From a virus (taxonomy: Duplodnaviria; Caudoviricetes), in the IMG/VR virus record IMGVR_UViG_3300048606_000106, positions 1 through 46,206 of that record: a stretch of 46,206 nucleotides of DNA. One strand, given 5' to 3'. The stretch's first letter is position 1, and every line of letters begins with the position of its first letter. Of this stretch, positions 8,486 to 16,815 are shown piece by piece. The position numbers were made by a program, and so were the translations under genes. Under the pieces are notes generated by a model. That model was not told where the DNA came from, ran no database searches, and saw nothing but the letters and a program-made list of their open reading frames with translations.

Positions 8486-8982
8486 GATCGCCCCGCCATC
8501 TCAAACGGCTTGCCGAGTAGGGTCTTGCGGCCGTCTGCAGATCGCCCACGCACTTCCCAACCGGCCACCTTGAAGCAGTAGCCGGGGTTTCTGGATCGCG
8601 CCTTCTGGTCGAAGACATACGTCAGCATTCCGTCAGGCCCGCAGCCGTGGCCGCTGGCTACCAACTCGCGTTCCGCCGCGAGTACGAGTTCCGAAGACAG
8701 CGTGGTCGACTCGTTGCGGAAGATCGTGCAGGTCCAACCATCCAAACCGTTCATCTGTTTGATGCCAGCGGTTGGGTCAGGTCGCCACCAACCAAACACT
8801 GCGTCGTGAGCGACAAGCACCACGGTTTGCCCCGGCGGCATGAACTGCGGCGCACCGGGTTTGCGCCGTGAGTAGTGCCGATCAGCCAGGTCGCAACCGC
8901 GCTGATCGAACTTGGTCACGCGATGCCAGCCGGCCACCGGCGTCATCACTTGGTCCGGGAACATGAGCTGCGGCGCGATCAC
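8482..8982 (-). CDS. Mom-like GNAT-fold DNA-modification protein (putative)
   Basis: DRHYS, WTCTIFRNE, SSELV.AA, TYV and NPGYCFKVAGW resemble Mom/XF1762-type GNAT motifs. Confidence 0.55.
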   Translation of the reverse strand: MIAPQLMFPDQVMTPVAGWHRVTKFDQRGCDLADRHYSRRKPGAPQFMPPGQTVVLVAHDAVFGWWRPDPTAGIKQMNGLDGWTCTIFRNESTTLSSELVLAAERELVASGHGCGPDGMLTYVFDQKARSRNPGYCFKVAGWEVRGRSADGRKTLLGKPFEMAGRS

Positions 8983-9422
8983 GAAGCCTCCCCGTGTTCC
9001 CGCGCCGCCGTCCGCTTCCCCCGGTCAGCGCAACTACACTTCATACATCGTCGACCATCGGGCCCATCACTCACCCACTCGTCTGCCCGAAACTTCCGGA
9101 TTGCCGATTGCGCGCAGTGTACGCCACCACATCGGGCGGTCACGATCAGACGCCCAATGTCATCACGGTGCATACCGATTCGTCTGTACAGCCCGCGAGT
9201 GGCCGGCATCATGGCTTCCACATGACGGGTGGTAGCCTTGGTCCGACCGCCGAGCGTGCGCTGAGGTGGTAGAGGTTTGGCGCGGATGCGCTTGGGGTGT
9301 TGTGGCTTCGGCGGCTTGGACTCCGGCAGCGTGTAGCGCTCGGCGGACCAGCTGTCGCGGGAGAGGTGGCCGGTGGATAGCTCGATGGCGGCGTTTCGGT
9401 AGCAGGTGAATTCGCTGGTCAT
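8979..9422 (-). CDS. Hypothetical protein, Cys-rich C-terminus
   Basis: Coupled ORF; RCGGVHC and RCMKC motifs. Confidence 0.6.
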   Translation of the reverse strand: MTSEFTCYRNAAIELSTGHLSRDSWSAERYTLPESKPPKPQHPKRIRAKPLPPQRTLGGRTKATTRHVEAMMPATRGLYRRIGMHRDDIGRLIVTARCGGVHCAQSAIRKFRADEWVSDGPDGRRCMKCSCADRGKRTAAREHGEAS

Positions 9423-9676
9423 GGTTTGATCGCCTCCGCGCGACGCACGCTCACGAGCTGCGCGAGTGTTCGAAGCCTTGCTGAGTCCGAGTGTTTCGTT
9501 TCTTCCAACAGCTCAAGCACAGCAGCGTCGTACTCGGAACGATGCGGTTCGTGGTCGAACCACGCCGCGGCCTTCTCGAGAATCGCTATGCCTTCGAGAT
9601 CTGTACTGTGCGGGTTGCAGAACATGTCGCTGCCGGCGAGACCTCGGAGCCACTCGGCTGGTTGTCGGGTGTTCAC
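9419..9676 (-). CDS. Hypothetical protein
   Basis: GTGA coupling to upstream ORF. Confidence 0.6.
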   Translation of the reverse strand: MNTRQPAEWLRGLAGSDMFCNPHSTDLEGIAILEKAAAWFDHEPHRSEYDAAVLELLEETKHSDSARLRTLAQLVSVRRAEAIKP

Positions 9677-9915
9677 GAGAGAATCTCCTGCTCCGGCCGC
9701 TCGGCACCCAGGTGCCAGTGTTCGTGTTTCACCATGAGCACAATGTCGTCGACCAGGCCGCATGCAACAGCTTGCGACCCGCCGGCGGTTACGATCAGAA
9801 CCGCGATGGCGTCTGCGAGTGTGCCGAATTGTTTGTCGTCGTGCGCGTTGACGGCGTCGATGAGTTTGACTGCTAGCGCGTGGGCTCGGGATGAGCGGTT
9901 GTGGTCGGGGGTCAT
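9673..9915 (-). CDS. Hypothetical protein
   Basis: ATGA coupling. Confidence 0.6.
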   Translation of the reverse strand: MTPDHNRSSRAHALAVKLIDAVNAHDDKQFGTLADAIAVLIVTAGGSQAVACGLVDDIVLMVKHEHWHLGAERPEQEILS

Positions 9916-10070
9916 GGTTGACCTTTCGTTCTGCACTTGCACGGGAGTAGTTCGAATGTGGAGCCACCGGCGGACTCGATGCCGATGAGACGCGAGAGCC
10001 TGGCGATGCCGCAGCGATCGCACGTGAAGAGTTCGCTTGGACGCGTCTCGCCGAGTTGCTGTTGCTTCAT
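9912..10070 (-). CDS. 52-aa Zn-finger-like protein (FTCDRCG...PCKC)
   Basis: Hand translation; ATGA overlaps at both ends. Confidence 0.55.
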   Translation of the reverse strand: MKQQQLGETRPSELFTCDRCGIARLSRLIGIESAGGSTFELLPCKCRTKGQP

Positions 10071-10480
10071 GCGCGCACCGTGTCGAGGTGTGCTGCGAGT
10101 ACAGCAACCTCACCTTGCTGAGCGCGTGTGCACGCGTGGATTACGGTTGTGTGATCACGACCGAAGACGTCGCCGATTTCGCCGAACGTCATCCGAAGGC
10201 GCGTGCGCATCAGGCTCATCGCGACAGCGCGCGCTTGCGATAGCCGTGGGGTTTTCTTCGGACTGGTGAGTTCGCGCTGCGTGAAGCCGTAGCGCGCACA
10301 CACCGCGGCGATGATCACGGGCGGCGTCTCGACCGATTGGAGCACGGGAGGCACTGGTTGTTTCGCGGCTTTCGCTTGTTGCTCGAGCGCTACCAGGCGG
10401 ACGACCTCGAGCACGAGGCAGAGTGCGGTGTCCGGGTAGTCGCGGACGATTTGTTTGGCGATAGCGCGGGCGGTGGTCAC
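10067..10480 (-). CDS. DnaA C-terminal (domain IV) HTH-like DNA-binding protein
   Basis: ARAVAMSLMR....TFGEIGDVFGRDHTTVIHA is the DnaA domain IV signature. Confidence 0.9.
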   Translation of the reverse strand: MTTARAIAKQIVRDYPDTALCLVLEVVRLVALEQQAKAAKQPVPPVLQSVETPPVIIAAVCARYGFTQRELTSPKKTPRLSQARAVAMSLMRTRLRMTFGEIGDVFGRDHTTVIHACTRAQQGEVAVLAAHLDTVRA

Positions 10481-10926
10481 TGGGCTTTCTCCAGCACAGC
10501 TTCGTGGATCTGCTGTTCGCGCAGTTCCGTTTTCTCGTTCACGTCGAGTACGCCCCAGCGTTTCGCGATCATGTCAGCGACCTTGCCGGCGGCTTCCTCG
10601 TTTCCGAGATGGAAGAAAGTCCACTGCATCCACATCGCCGTGCGCAGTCGACGGCGGTTTTCTGCAAGACACCGCGAACGCGCAAGTCGCTGATCGGACC
10701 AAGACTTGTGCGCGTCAGACGGCTTTTCTTCGGGCTCTCGGCCGGGCCATGCCGGTACGTAGACCGGCAGAAGACTACCGCCGTCGAGTGCGGCGGACTC
10801 CGCCACGCACGTGACCAGGGTTGTGATGTCGTGCTTGCGATAAGCTTGGAACGCCTCGAGCCAGTTGGCGGTCGGTGGACAGTGGGGTTCTTGTTGTCGA
10901 TCGCCGTCCATGGATTCCTCACACAA
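10477..10926 (-). CDS. Hypothetical protein in replication module
   Basis: Lies between initiator and DnaA-C gene; coupled. Confidence 0.6.
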   Translation of the reverse strand: MCEESMDGDRQQEPHCPPTANWLEAFQAYRKHDITTLVTCVAESAALDGGSLLPVYVPAWPGREPEEKPSDAHKSWSDQRLARSRCLAENRRRLRTAMWMQWTFFHLGNEEAAGKVADMIAKRWGVLDVNEKTELREQQIHEAVLEKAQ

Positions 10927-11932
10927 GCGCTTCGAGGCGGTTGATTTGTTGAGTCAGCTCGCTCTCGCGGATGTCGCGTTCGCGAGGCGGGAGTTTGTGC
11001 AGTGTCTTGAGTTCCGACTTAGCGCTCTCGAGCGCGTAGCGTCGGCTTGCGGTTGCCTTGTCTTCGGGGCCGACGGCCTCGGGGTTCAGCGCGAGCCACT
11101 TGCCTGGGTCATTCGCCCAAGCCCAGAACGGCCAGCCCGCTTTGGGCCCGTCGAGCTCGCCGCGGGCGTGTTGCAGAAACTTCGCGATGCTCATCTCGCA
11201 CGCGAGAATCGGCTGCTCGGGGTTCTCTTCGTGCGCCCACTCCAGCGCCTTCTGCGCGCGGTCGTAGTCCGAGCGTTGCACGCGAAACGCACCGCCCTTC
11301 TTGGCTTTCCGCATGCGCGAGAAGAGTTGCTCGAGGGTCTTGGAGTCGCAGACGTCACCCCGGTCTTCGGGCTCAGGCACGACGTACGGCTCATCGAACC
11401 CGGGCGGCGGTTCGCCGACTGGCGGACGCTGGTGGTTGGCCGCGGCGGTCCTGCGCGGAATCTCCGGTTCGAGATCCGGATCCAAATCATCTACATCCGC
11501 GCACGCGTTGGGGTCGTTGTTCCTTCTCGTAGGTCCTTCTGAGAGGTCGGGGTCAAGAGTGAGAGTCTCATGAGGATTTCCTGAGACAAAAGGAACTGGA
11601 GATAAGGGCGCGGGAACATGCGGCTTTCCAGGATGCATCACGCGCTGATGTTTCTCCCAGTTCCGGATCTCAAAGTAGCGCTGCCCGCGGACCTCATAGA
11701 CCCCAACAAACCCCATCTGCGAGAGCCTCATGAAGGACTCATGAAAGGCGCGTGAGGGGTCTGTCTCGAACGGAAACACCTGTGCGGCGAGTACCGGTTC
11801 GATGAACCGGCCACGACCGTAGTCGTCGGCGATCAGCAACAGCGAGACCGAGAGCACGCGGGCGCCGAGACCAGCGCGCAAAAGCAACTCGTCCTCGAGC
11901 CACTCAGGTTTGACTGTTCGAATGCGACCCAT
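10919..11932 (-). CDS. Phage replication initiation protein
   Basis: MGRIRTVKPEW...ADDYGRG...YFEIRNWEKHQR N-terminal family signature. Confidence 0.85.
   Translation of the reverse strand: MGRIRTVKPEWLEDELLLRAGLGARVLSVSLLLIADDYGRGRFIEPVLAAQVFPFETDPSRAFHESFMRLSQMGFVGVYEVRGQRYFEIRNWEKHQRVMHPGKPHVPAPLSPVPFVSGNPHETLTLDPDLSEGPTRRNNDPNACADVDDLDPDLEPEIPRRTAAANHQRPPVGEPPPGFDEPYVVPEPEDRGDVCDSKTLEQLFSRMRKAKKGGAFRVQRSDYDRAQKALEWAHEENPEQPILACEMSIAKFLQHARGELDGPKAGWPFWAWANDPGKWLALNPEAVGPEDKATASRRYALESAKSELKTLHKLPPRERDIRESELTQQINRLEALV
11561..11744. repeat. Putative origin iterons (GAGAGYCTCATGA x2, extra CTCATGA/CTCATAGA) within initiator gene
   Basis: Repeats at 11561, ~11693, 11721 and 11738; lambda-like origins lie inside the initiator gene. 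Confidence 0.35.
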
Positions 11933-12469
11933 TTATCGAGCCACCCTGTTCCACTCGGCGGGAGTTTTGGCGCCCTTGTCCCGGTTGCATTCGGCGCACG
12001 ACGTCGCGAGATTCTCGAGAGAGTCAGATCCGCCACGGCTCAGAGGCTCGATGTGATCAACCTGTCCGGTTTGGATGCTCACCGGCGCTTGACAGTACCG
12101 CCACGCCCATCCGTCCCGCTCAAACACCGCCCGCCTGGGCAGCGGACCGCGCGCGCGCCACCGTCGCCGACGTTCCTCGACAGACTCCTTGGTGTCCTGA
12201 AGCTCCGACCAACCGCAGAATTGAAAACCGTCGTCAGTGCGTGACCACAGGCCAAGCGATACCAGGCGCTCAGCGACAGCGGAGACGCGGCCACCAAACG
12301 GGGTTAGTCTCGACAGCCGCGCACGGGTTACGTGTCCGTCGGTAAGACGGTTGCGACAATCGCAGCCGGCGGCGAGCCATACCGCCAGACACTCGGCCCA
12401 TGCCACTGGGTCGGCTAGCAGCTGGTCGAACACCTCGCTGTCCGGAAACTTTTCGTGGACGTAGAACAT
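11933..12469 (-). CDS. Initiator-like N-terminal domain fused to HNH endonuclease
   Basis: LTDGHV...LVSLGLW...FCGWSELQ, then RDGWAWRYC, VDHIEPLSRGG, NLATSCAECN.DK. Confidence 0.85.
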   Translation of the reverse strand: MFYVHEKFPDSEVFDQLLADPVAWAECLAVWLAAGCDCRNRLTDGHVTRARLSRLTPFGGRVSAVAERLVSLGLWSRTDDGFQFCGWSELQDTKESVEERRRRWRARGPLPRRAVFERDGWAWRYCQAPVSIQTGQVDHIEPLSRGGSDSLENLATSCAECNRDKGAKTPAEWNRVAR

Positions 12470-12472
12470 GCG

Positions 12473-13240
12473 TTAGTGCGTCTCCGGTTTTGCGTGCCGC
12501 GCGCCCGACGTGGCAGCAATCATTGCGCTTCGCCACGCAGCCCAACCGTAAGACGCCTGGAGAATCGCCCTCATCTCGGGAAAGGAAACTCCGGCAGCTC
12601 GCGCGTCTTTGATCACGCCAATGGACAGGCCGTCGTTGTATCCAAACGCCTTCCTGAGTATCGCTAGAAGGTGCGCCTGATCCTTATACCCAGGGTCTTC
12701 GCGCTCACGTTTTCGAACAGCCGCTACGCCACCGATTTTATGAAACGCCTCGTTCGGATCGGCGTAGTGATCGAAGCTGATTGTCGCGGCGGTTAGTATT
12801 TCTGCCAGCCCGAACTTTCTGACAATCTTCCGGAGCTCCTTCTCACCAACTTCGTTGAGCACCTTCTTGTGTTCGTCGAACAGCTCGTTCACGTGCGCCA
12901 GTGCCGCATCAAACTCCATATCCTTCGACTCCGTCAGGCCACGATGCCACTCGAGCATCAGTTCAATCTGCTCCTTGCGCGCTTGAAGCTCTTCCAGTTG
13001 GCGCCGACGCTTCTCCACAACCGAGTCGTCCGACAACACCCGCGCACCCTTGCCGAAGTTGCACGGCTGGCAAGACGTGACCAGATTCAAGATGTCATCG
13101 TCGCCGCCTTCCGCGACCGGGTGGACGTGATCGACGTGAAGGATGACGTCGGGCGCCTTGCTGCCGCAGTACTGACAGGTGAACGAGTCGCGCTTGAAGA
13201 CTTCGAAACGCAGTTTTTTGGACAAGCTCTTCCGTGCCAT
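12473..13240 (-). CDS. HNH endonuclease with helical C-terminal extension
   Basis: LRFEVFKRDSFTCQYCG, LHVDHVHP, NLVTSCQPCNFGK; alternative start at 13282. Confidence 0.9.
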   Translation of the reverse strand: MARKSLSKKLRFEVFKRDSFTCQYCGSKAPDVILHVDHVHPVAEGGDDDILNLVTSCQPCNFGKGARVLSDDSVVEKRRRQLEELQARKEQIELMLEWHRGLTESKDMEFDAALAHVNELFDEHKKVLNEVGEKELRKIVRKFGLAEILTAATISFDHYADPNEAFHKIGGVAAVRKREREDPGYKDQAHLLAILRKAFGYNDGLSIGVIKDARAAGVSFPEMRAILQASYGWAAWRSAMIAATSGARHAKPETH

Positions 13241-13278
13241 CTCAACCACCCTCCGCGCCAAACAAAGCCTCTTGCCGC

Positions 13279-14244
13279 TCATCCACGGTTCGCACCCGCC
13301 TCGAACAACCCCTGCTGCCGGTTCGACGTCACGCTCTTCAGGTTCCTTACCGCCTGCATCCAATACGATGCTTTGAGCTCCGCGCCGATGAACCGCCGAC
13401 CCTCCTGCAGGGCCACGTAACCCTCGCTCCCGATGCCGGCGAACGGTGACCACACAACCTCGCTCGGCGCCGTCCAGAGGCGCAGGCAGCGTCGAATCAC
13501 ACCTAACTGGAGGGCACAGAGGTGGCGCTCGTCAGCGTGTTCTCGCGCCATCCGAACCTGCAGCGTGTTGCCGGGATCGATCCCACTGTCGTCGTCCGTA
13601 GACTTCTCATCCGCGTTGCAGATCGCAAACCCCTCCTCATCCATCCCGTCGGTTGTCACCCACACCGGACTCGCGTAACGCTGCCAGCGAGACACGGGGA
13701 AGTCGTCGTGTGTGTGCGCGACCGGATCCGGATTAGTGCCTGGGTTCCGCATGACAACCAGATAGTCCGGGATGCCCTGCCTCGACATGGACGAGTCCTT
13801 CCGAATCGTCTTGTGCAGCAAACCCAGAGCCTTCGTGCGCTGCATGGCCTGCACCGGGTCTTTCCAGATGCACACTTCCGAATGGAAGATGAACCCGTGC
13901 TTCTGATACGCGCGAATCATGTCGCCGCGAAAGTCACGGATGCCGATGTAGCCGTCGCGTTCCTTGCTCGTGGGCAAGTTCATCACGTGCATGGCAATGA
14001 GCCGGCCTGGCTTCATGACACGGCGTTGTTCCTCGATCAGGTAGTCGTAGTGCTCGAAGAACTGCGCATCGTTCTTGACGTTGCCAAGGTCTCGCGGCGA
14101 GTTCGAATAAACATACAGGCTCGAGAACGGTGGCGAGTAGACCGAGAAGTCAACCGAAGCGTTCGGTAATCCCTTGGCAACTTCGATTGTGTCCGCGTTG
14201 TAGAGCGACCAGTTGTCACCGTGTGCCTGCGATTCAACGTTCAT
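13279..14244 (-). CDS. Beta-class amino (N4-C/N6-A) DNA methyltransferase
   Basis: Catalytic SPPF near N-terminus and FAGIGS SAM-binding motif near C-terminus. Confidence 0.92.
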   Translation of the reverse strand: MNVESQAHGDNWSLYNADTIEVAKGLPNASVDFSVYSPPFSSLYVYSNSPRDLGNVKNDAQFFEHYDYLIEEQRRVMKPGRLIAMHVMNLPTSKERDGYIGIRDFRGDMIRAYQKHGFIFHSEVCIWKDPVQAMQRTKALGLLHKTIRKDSSMSRQGIPDYLVVMRNPGTNPDPVAHTHDDFPVSRWQRYASPVWVTTDGMDEEGFAICNADEKSTDDDSGIDPGNTLQVRMAREHADERHLCALQLGVIRRCLRLWTAPSEVVWSPFAGIGSEGYVALQEGRRFIGAELKASYWMQAVRNLKSVTSNRQQGLFEAGANRG

Positions 14245-16106
14245 GAGGCCGACCCCGTAAGCCAAGATGGTTTCTGCATCGGTTCGTTTGCCCGATACTC
14301 GTTCGTTTGCCGCCGCGCCCCGCGAACCTCTGCGCGCACAACACCGGCCGTTTCCGCTGATAACTCCGCCGCCATTGCCTCAGCATCCCGCTCCTTACGC
14401 TTCAGGTTCTCGACCACGGCACCCTCGAGTTCGGATGCAAATACATGGACGGCAACTGGCTTGGTCTGACCAAAGCGCCAGCACCGGCGCACGGCCTGGT
14501 GGTACGACTCCCACGAGTCGTCCACGCCAACAAACGCCATGCGGCTGCAGTGTTGCCAGTTCAAACCGAATCCGAAGCACTTAGGCTTCGTGATCAGCAC
14601 CTGCGTACGTCCCATACGCCACTCCAATTCCATCGACTCTCTGTCGTCGAACGGCGTCGATCCTTGAATCGACACGCACGAAATACCGCGTTCTTGGAAC
14701 AGCTTCTCTAACGCATCCTGCTCCGTGTTGAGCTGGCACCAAACCAACCATTTCTCTCGACTTTCGCAGGTACTCGGCGGCGGCGTTGTGGCCCTTGGCA
14801 GACAGCGCCGCCTCGCTCTCTCGGTAGCGGCCGAGTCGCATGTTGCAGATGTTGCAGAGGATGCCCCGCACTCTTCCGTTGGAGTGGTCGTGGTCGATGT
14901 CGAATCGCCGGCGCTCGGTTTGTCTGCGTCCGCAGATGGCACACAACCACTGTTGTGCTTCAAGCATCGCGATGTATGACGATTCGTCGAGTCCGTACGT
15001 GCGGAGATTTTCTCTGAAGGATCTTTCTCGATAGGCGTCGGCGTTGGCCCGGTAGTACTCCCTGAAGTATTCTCGCATCCGATCTTTGTTGGCGACCCTG
15101 TATACGGCGTTGTAAGCGTTGCGCTTCTCAATGTGTCGGAGTCTTGAATTGCGCTGATTCTCGAGTCGCTTTTCACGATTGGCTGCGTAGTAAGCGCGCC
15201 AGTATTCAGGGCGTGATTTTCCCATTCAACCATCTCCACCAAACGCGCGACCCGCGCGCCAATCGATCCGCGGCGCGCTTGCCTGCGCTCCATCAATCCG
15301 GCAGCGGGCTCTGCGAACAGGAGGCCAGCGGCACGCGTTGACTCTTCGTCGGCCGGTATGATGTGGTGCTCGACAGTAAGCGCGGGCAGATCGTAGTCGG
15401 TTGCGTCGTATCCCAAGTCTGCCGGCGAGCGGACCAGCGCACCCCAGCTCGCGACGAACCGCCAGAACACGGCGCGTGCGTGGCCCTTGAGGCGCCACTT
15501 CTGCGTCTCGCCGCCGTCGTGCACGAAGTACTCGGACAACATCTCGGCGCGCGAGCACACCCCAAGAAGCTCAGCGTGATTGCCCAGTTCCGTGTAATCG
15601 TTGGGCGATGGCGTCGCGGTGCACGCGAGTCGAAACGGCGTGTTCGAGAACGCAAGCAGCAACGCCGCCAACGTCTTGCCGTTGAAGGACTTGCAGATGC
15701 TCGATTCATCCCAGACAACGCCGTCGAACATGCTTGGGTCGAACAGGTGCAAGCGCTCGTAATTGGCGATGTTGATGCCGGGGCCAACGTCGGCAGCCTC
15801 GCGACACACGCGAACATCTATGCCGATGGCAACACCTTCGCGCGCGGTCTGCGCAGCAACGGCGAGCGGCGCAAGAATCAGCACGGGCTTGCCGGTGTGT
15901 TTGACTACGGCATCAGCCCACGTGACTTGCATTCTGGATTTGCCTAACCCGGTTGCGCAGAACAAGGCCGCACGTCCACGCCGCAGCGCCCACTGCACAA
16001 GGTCACGCTGGAACGCGAACAGGTGCGGCGACTCGACGACCGCATCCACGATGCCGGTCGGCGTTGAACGTTCGAGCTTGGTCGCGACGAAGTCCTGATA
16101 GTTCAT
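14241..16106 (-). CDS. SNF2-like superfamily 2 helicase with a ~154-codon frame-preserving insert
   Basis: ATGLGKS, WDESS, TATPSPN, WLVWC, GFGLNWQ and QAVRRCWRFGQ motifs; S/T-rich non-helicase segment at ~14766-15227. Confidence 0.9.
   Translation of the reverse strand: MNYQDFVATKLERSTPTGIVDAVVESPHLFAFQRDLVQWALRRGRAALFCATGLGKSRMQVTWADAVVKHTGKPVLILAPLAVAAQTAREGVAIGIDVRVCREAADVGPGINIANYERLHLFDPSMFDGVVWDESSICKSFNGKTLAALLLAFSNTPFRLACTATPSPNDYTELGNHAELLGVCSRAEMLSEYFVHDGGETQKWRLKGHARAVFWRFVASWGALVRSPADLGYDATDYDLPALTVEHHIIPADEESTRAAGLLFAEPAAGLMERRQARRGSIGARVARLVEMVEWENHALNTGALTTQPIVKSDSRISAIQDSDTLRSATLTTPYTGSPTKIGCENTSGSTTGPTPTPIEKDPSEKISARTDSTNRHTSRCLKHNSGCVPSADADKPSAGDSTSTTTTPTEECGASSATSATCDSAATERARRRCLPRATTPPPSTCESREKWLVWCQLNTEQDALEKLFQERGISCVSIQGSTPFDDRESMELEWRMGRTQVLITKPKCFGFGLNWQHCSRMAFVGVDDSWESYHQAVRRCWRFGQTKPVAVHVFASELEGAVVENLKRKERDAEAMAAELSAETAGVVRAEVRGARRQTNEYRANEPMQKPSWLTGSAS
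14581..15225 (-). CDS. Endonuclease VII-family (homing-type) nuclease nested out of frame in the helicase gene
   Basis: YGL....Y..ML..Q...CAIC, IDHDHSNGRVRGILCNICN..LG; SD GGAG upstream of ATG. Confidence 0.92.
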   Translation of the reverse strand: MGKSRPEYWRAYYAANREKRLENQRNSRLRHIEKRNAYNAVYRVANKDRMREYFREYYRANADAYRERSFRENLRTYGLDESSYIAMLEAQQWLCAICGRRQTERRRFDIDHDHSNGRVRGILCNICNMRLGRYRESEAALSAKGHNAAAEYLRKSREMVGLVPAQHGAGCVREAVPRTRYFVRVDSRIDAVRRQRVDGIGVAYGTYAGADHEA

Positions 16107-16201
16107 GGCGTCATGACCCCCGCCAAAGCCCCAAGCAACACCAACGCCAACCACGCGGCGCACGCGGCGGTTACGAGCTCGTCGAAGCTGGGCGCGTTCA
16201 A
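16103..16201 (-). CDS. 32-aa hydrophobic peptide
   Basis: TTG start overlapping the upstream stop; stop overlaps the helicase ATG. Confidence 0.45.
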   Translation of the reverse strand: MNAPSFDELVTAACAAWLALVLLGALAGVMTP

Positions 16202-16815
16202 GACACCACCGCCTCTCGCGCGATGGACACGAGCCACTCAGCGAACGCCACCGGCGTGCGTCGGCGCTGTTCCGCGGAACACACCTTGATGCCGGGCGGA
16301 ACTGCACCACCGCCAACCCGGCCGTTCTTCCGCATCTGGTTGCGTGCGCCGCTCACCCAATGCGTGGGCGTTCCACCAACGCGGATGCCGCGCTCAACCA
16401 GCTCGCGGTCGACGCCGACGAAGTAGAGCCAGGTCCTTTTGCGAGCAACGTGGCCCCATGAGACTTGGCAAACCTCGACAGAGAACCCGCGCGGCACGCG
16501 CGATCCAAACATCGGAACGCATTCCCACCCAGGGTTTGGCAGCTTGCAGTGTTCCCAGAGCTTCGATCCGGCTGGCTGCTCAAGCACACCGCCGTGCTTA
16601 CGAACCTGCTCAACCGCGATTGGTCCGCAGTCGGCATGCGCGCCCTGGCTTAGGTGCCGCAAGCTCGACCATGCGCCACAGGGCGGATGCGCGATTACCG
16701 GCAGTGGGCCTGCGTACGCGCGGGCGTCGCGCGACTCGTCCCATGCATCGACGTCGAGCATGGCCGGATAGGGGCCGAGCCTGTCCACGTAGAGAGCTGC
16801 AACAACTTGTGTCAC
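16198..16815 (-). CDS. Short C5-cytosine methyltransferase-like protein
   Basis: HPPC (motif IV-like), VLEQP (VI-like), WGH.ARKRTW (VIII-like); no clear FxGxG. Confidence 0.6.
   Translation of the reverse strand: MTQVVAALYVDRLGPYPAMLDVDAWDESRDARAYAGPLPVIAHPPCGAWSSLRHLSQGAHADCGPIAVEQVRKHGGVLEQPAGSKLWEHCKLPNPGWECVPMFGSRVPRGFSVEVCQVSWGHVARKRTWLYFVGVDRELVERGIRVGGTPTHWVSGARNQMRKNGRVGGGAVPPGIKVCSAEQRRRTPVAFAEWLVSIAREAVVS

Noticed and set aside
15217-15223. GGGAAAA slippery heptamer as a programmed frameshift linking helicase and EndoVII
   Set aside because: Its phasing is in the EndoVII frame and a -1 slip leads to the third frame, not the helicase frame
14765-15227. Group I/II intron or intein explanation for the helicase insert
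   Set aside because: Insert is almost entirely nuclease ORF with no space for a ribozyme core; the nuclease is off-frame and no intein terminal residues are present
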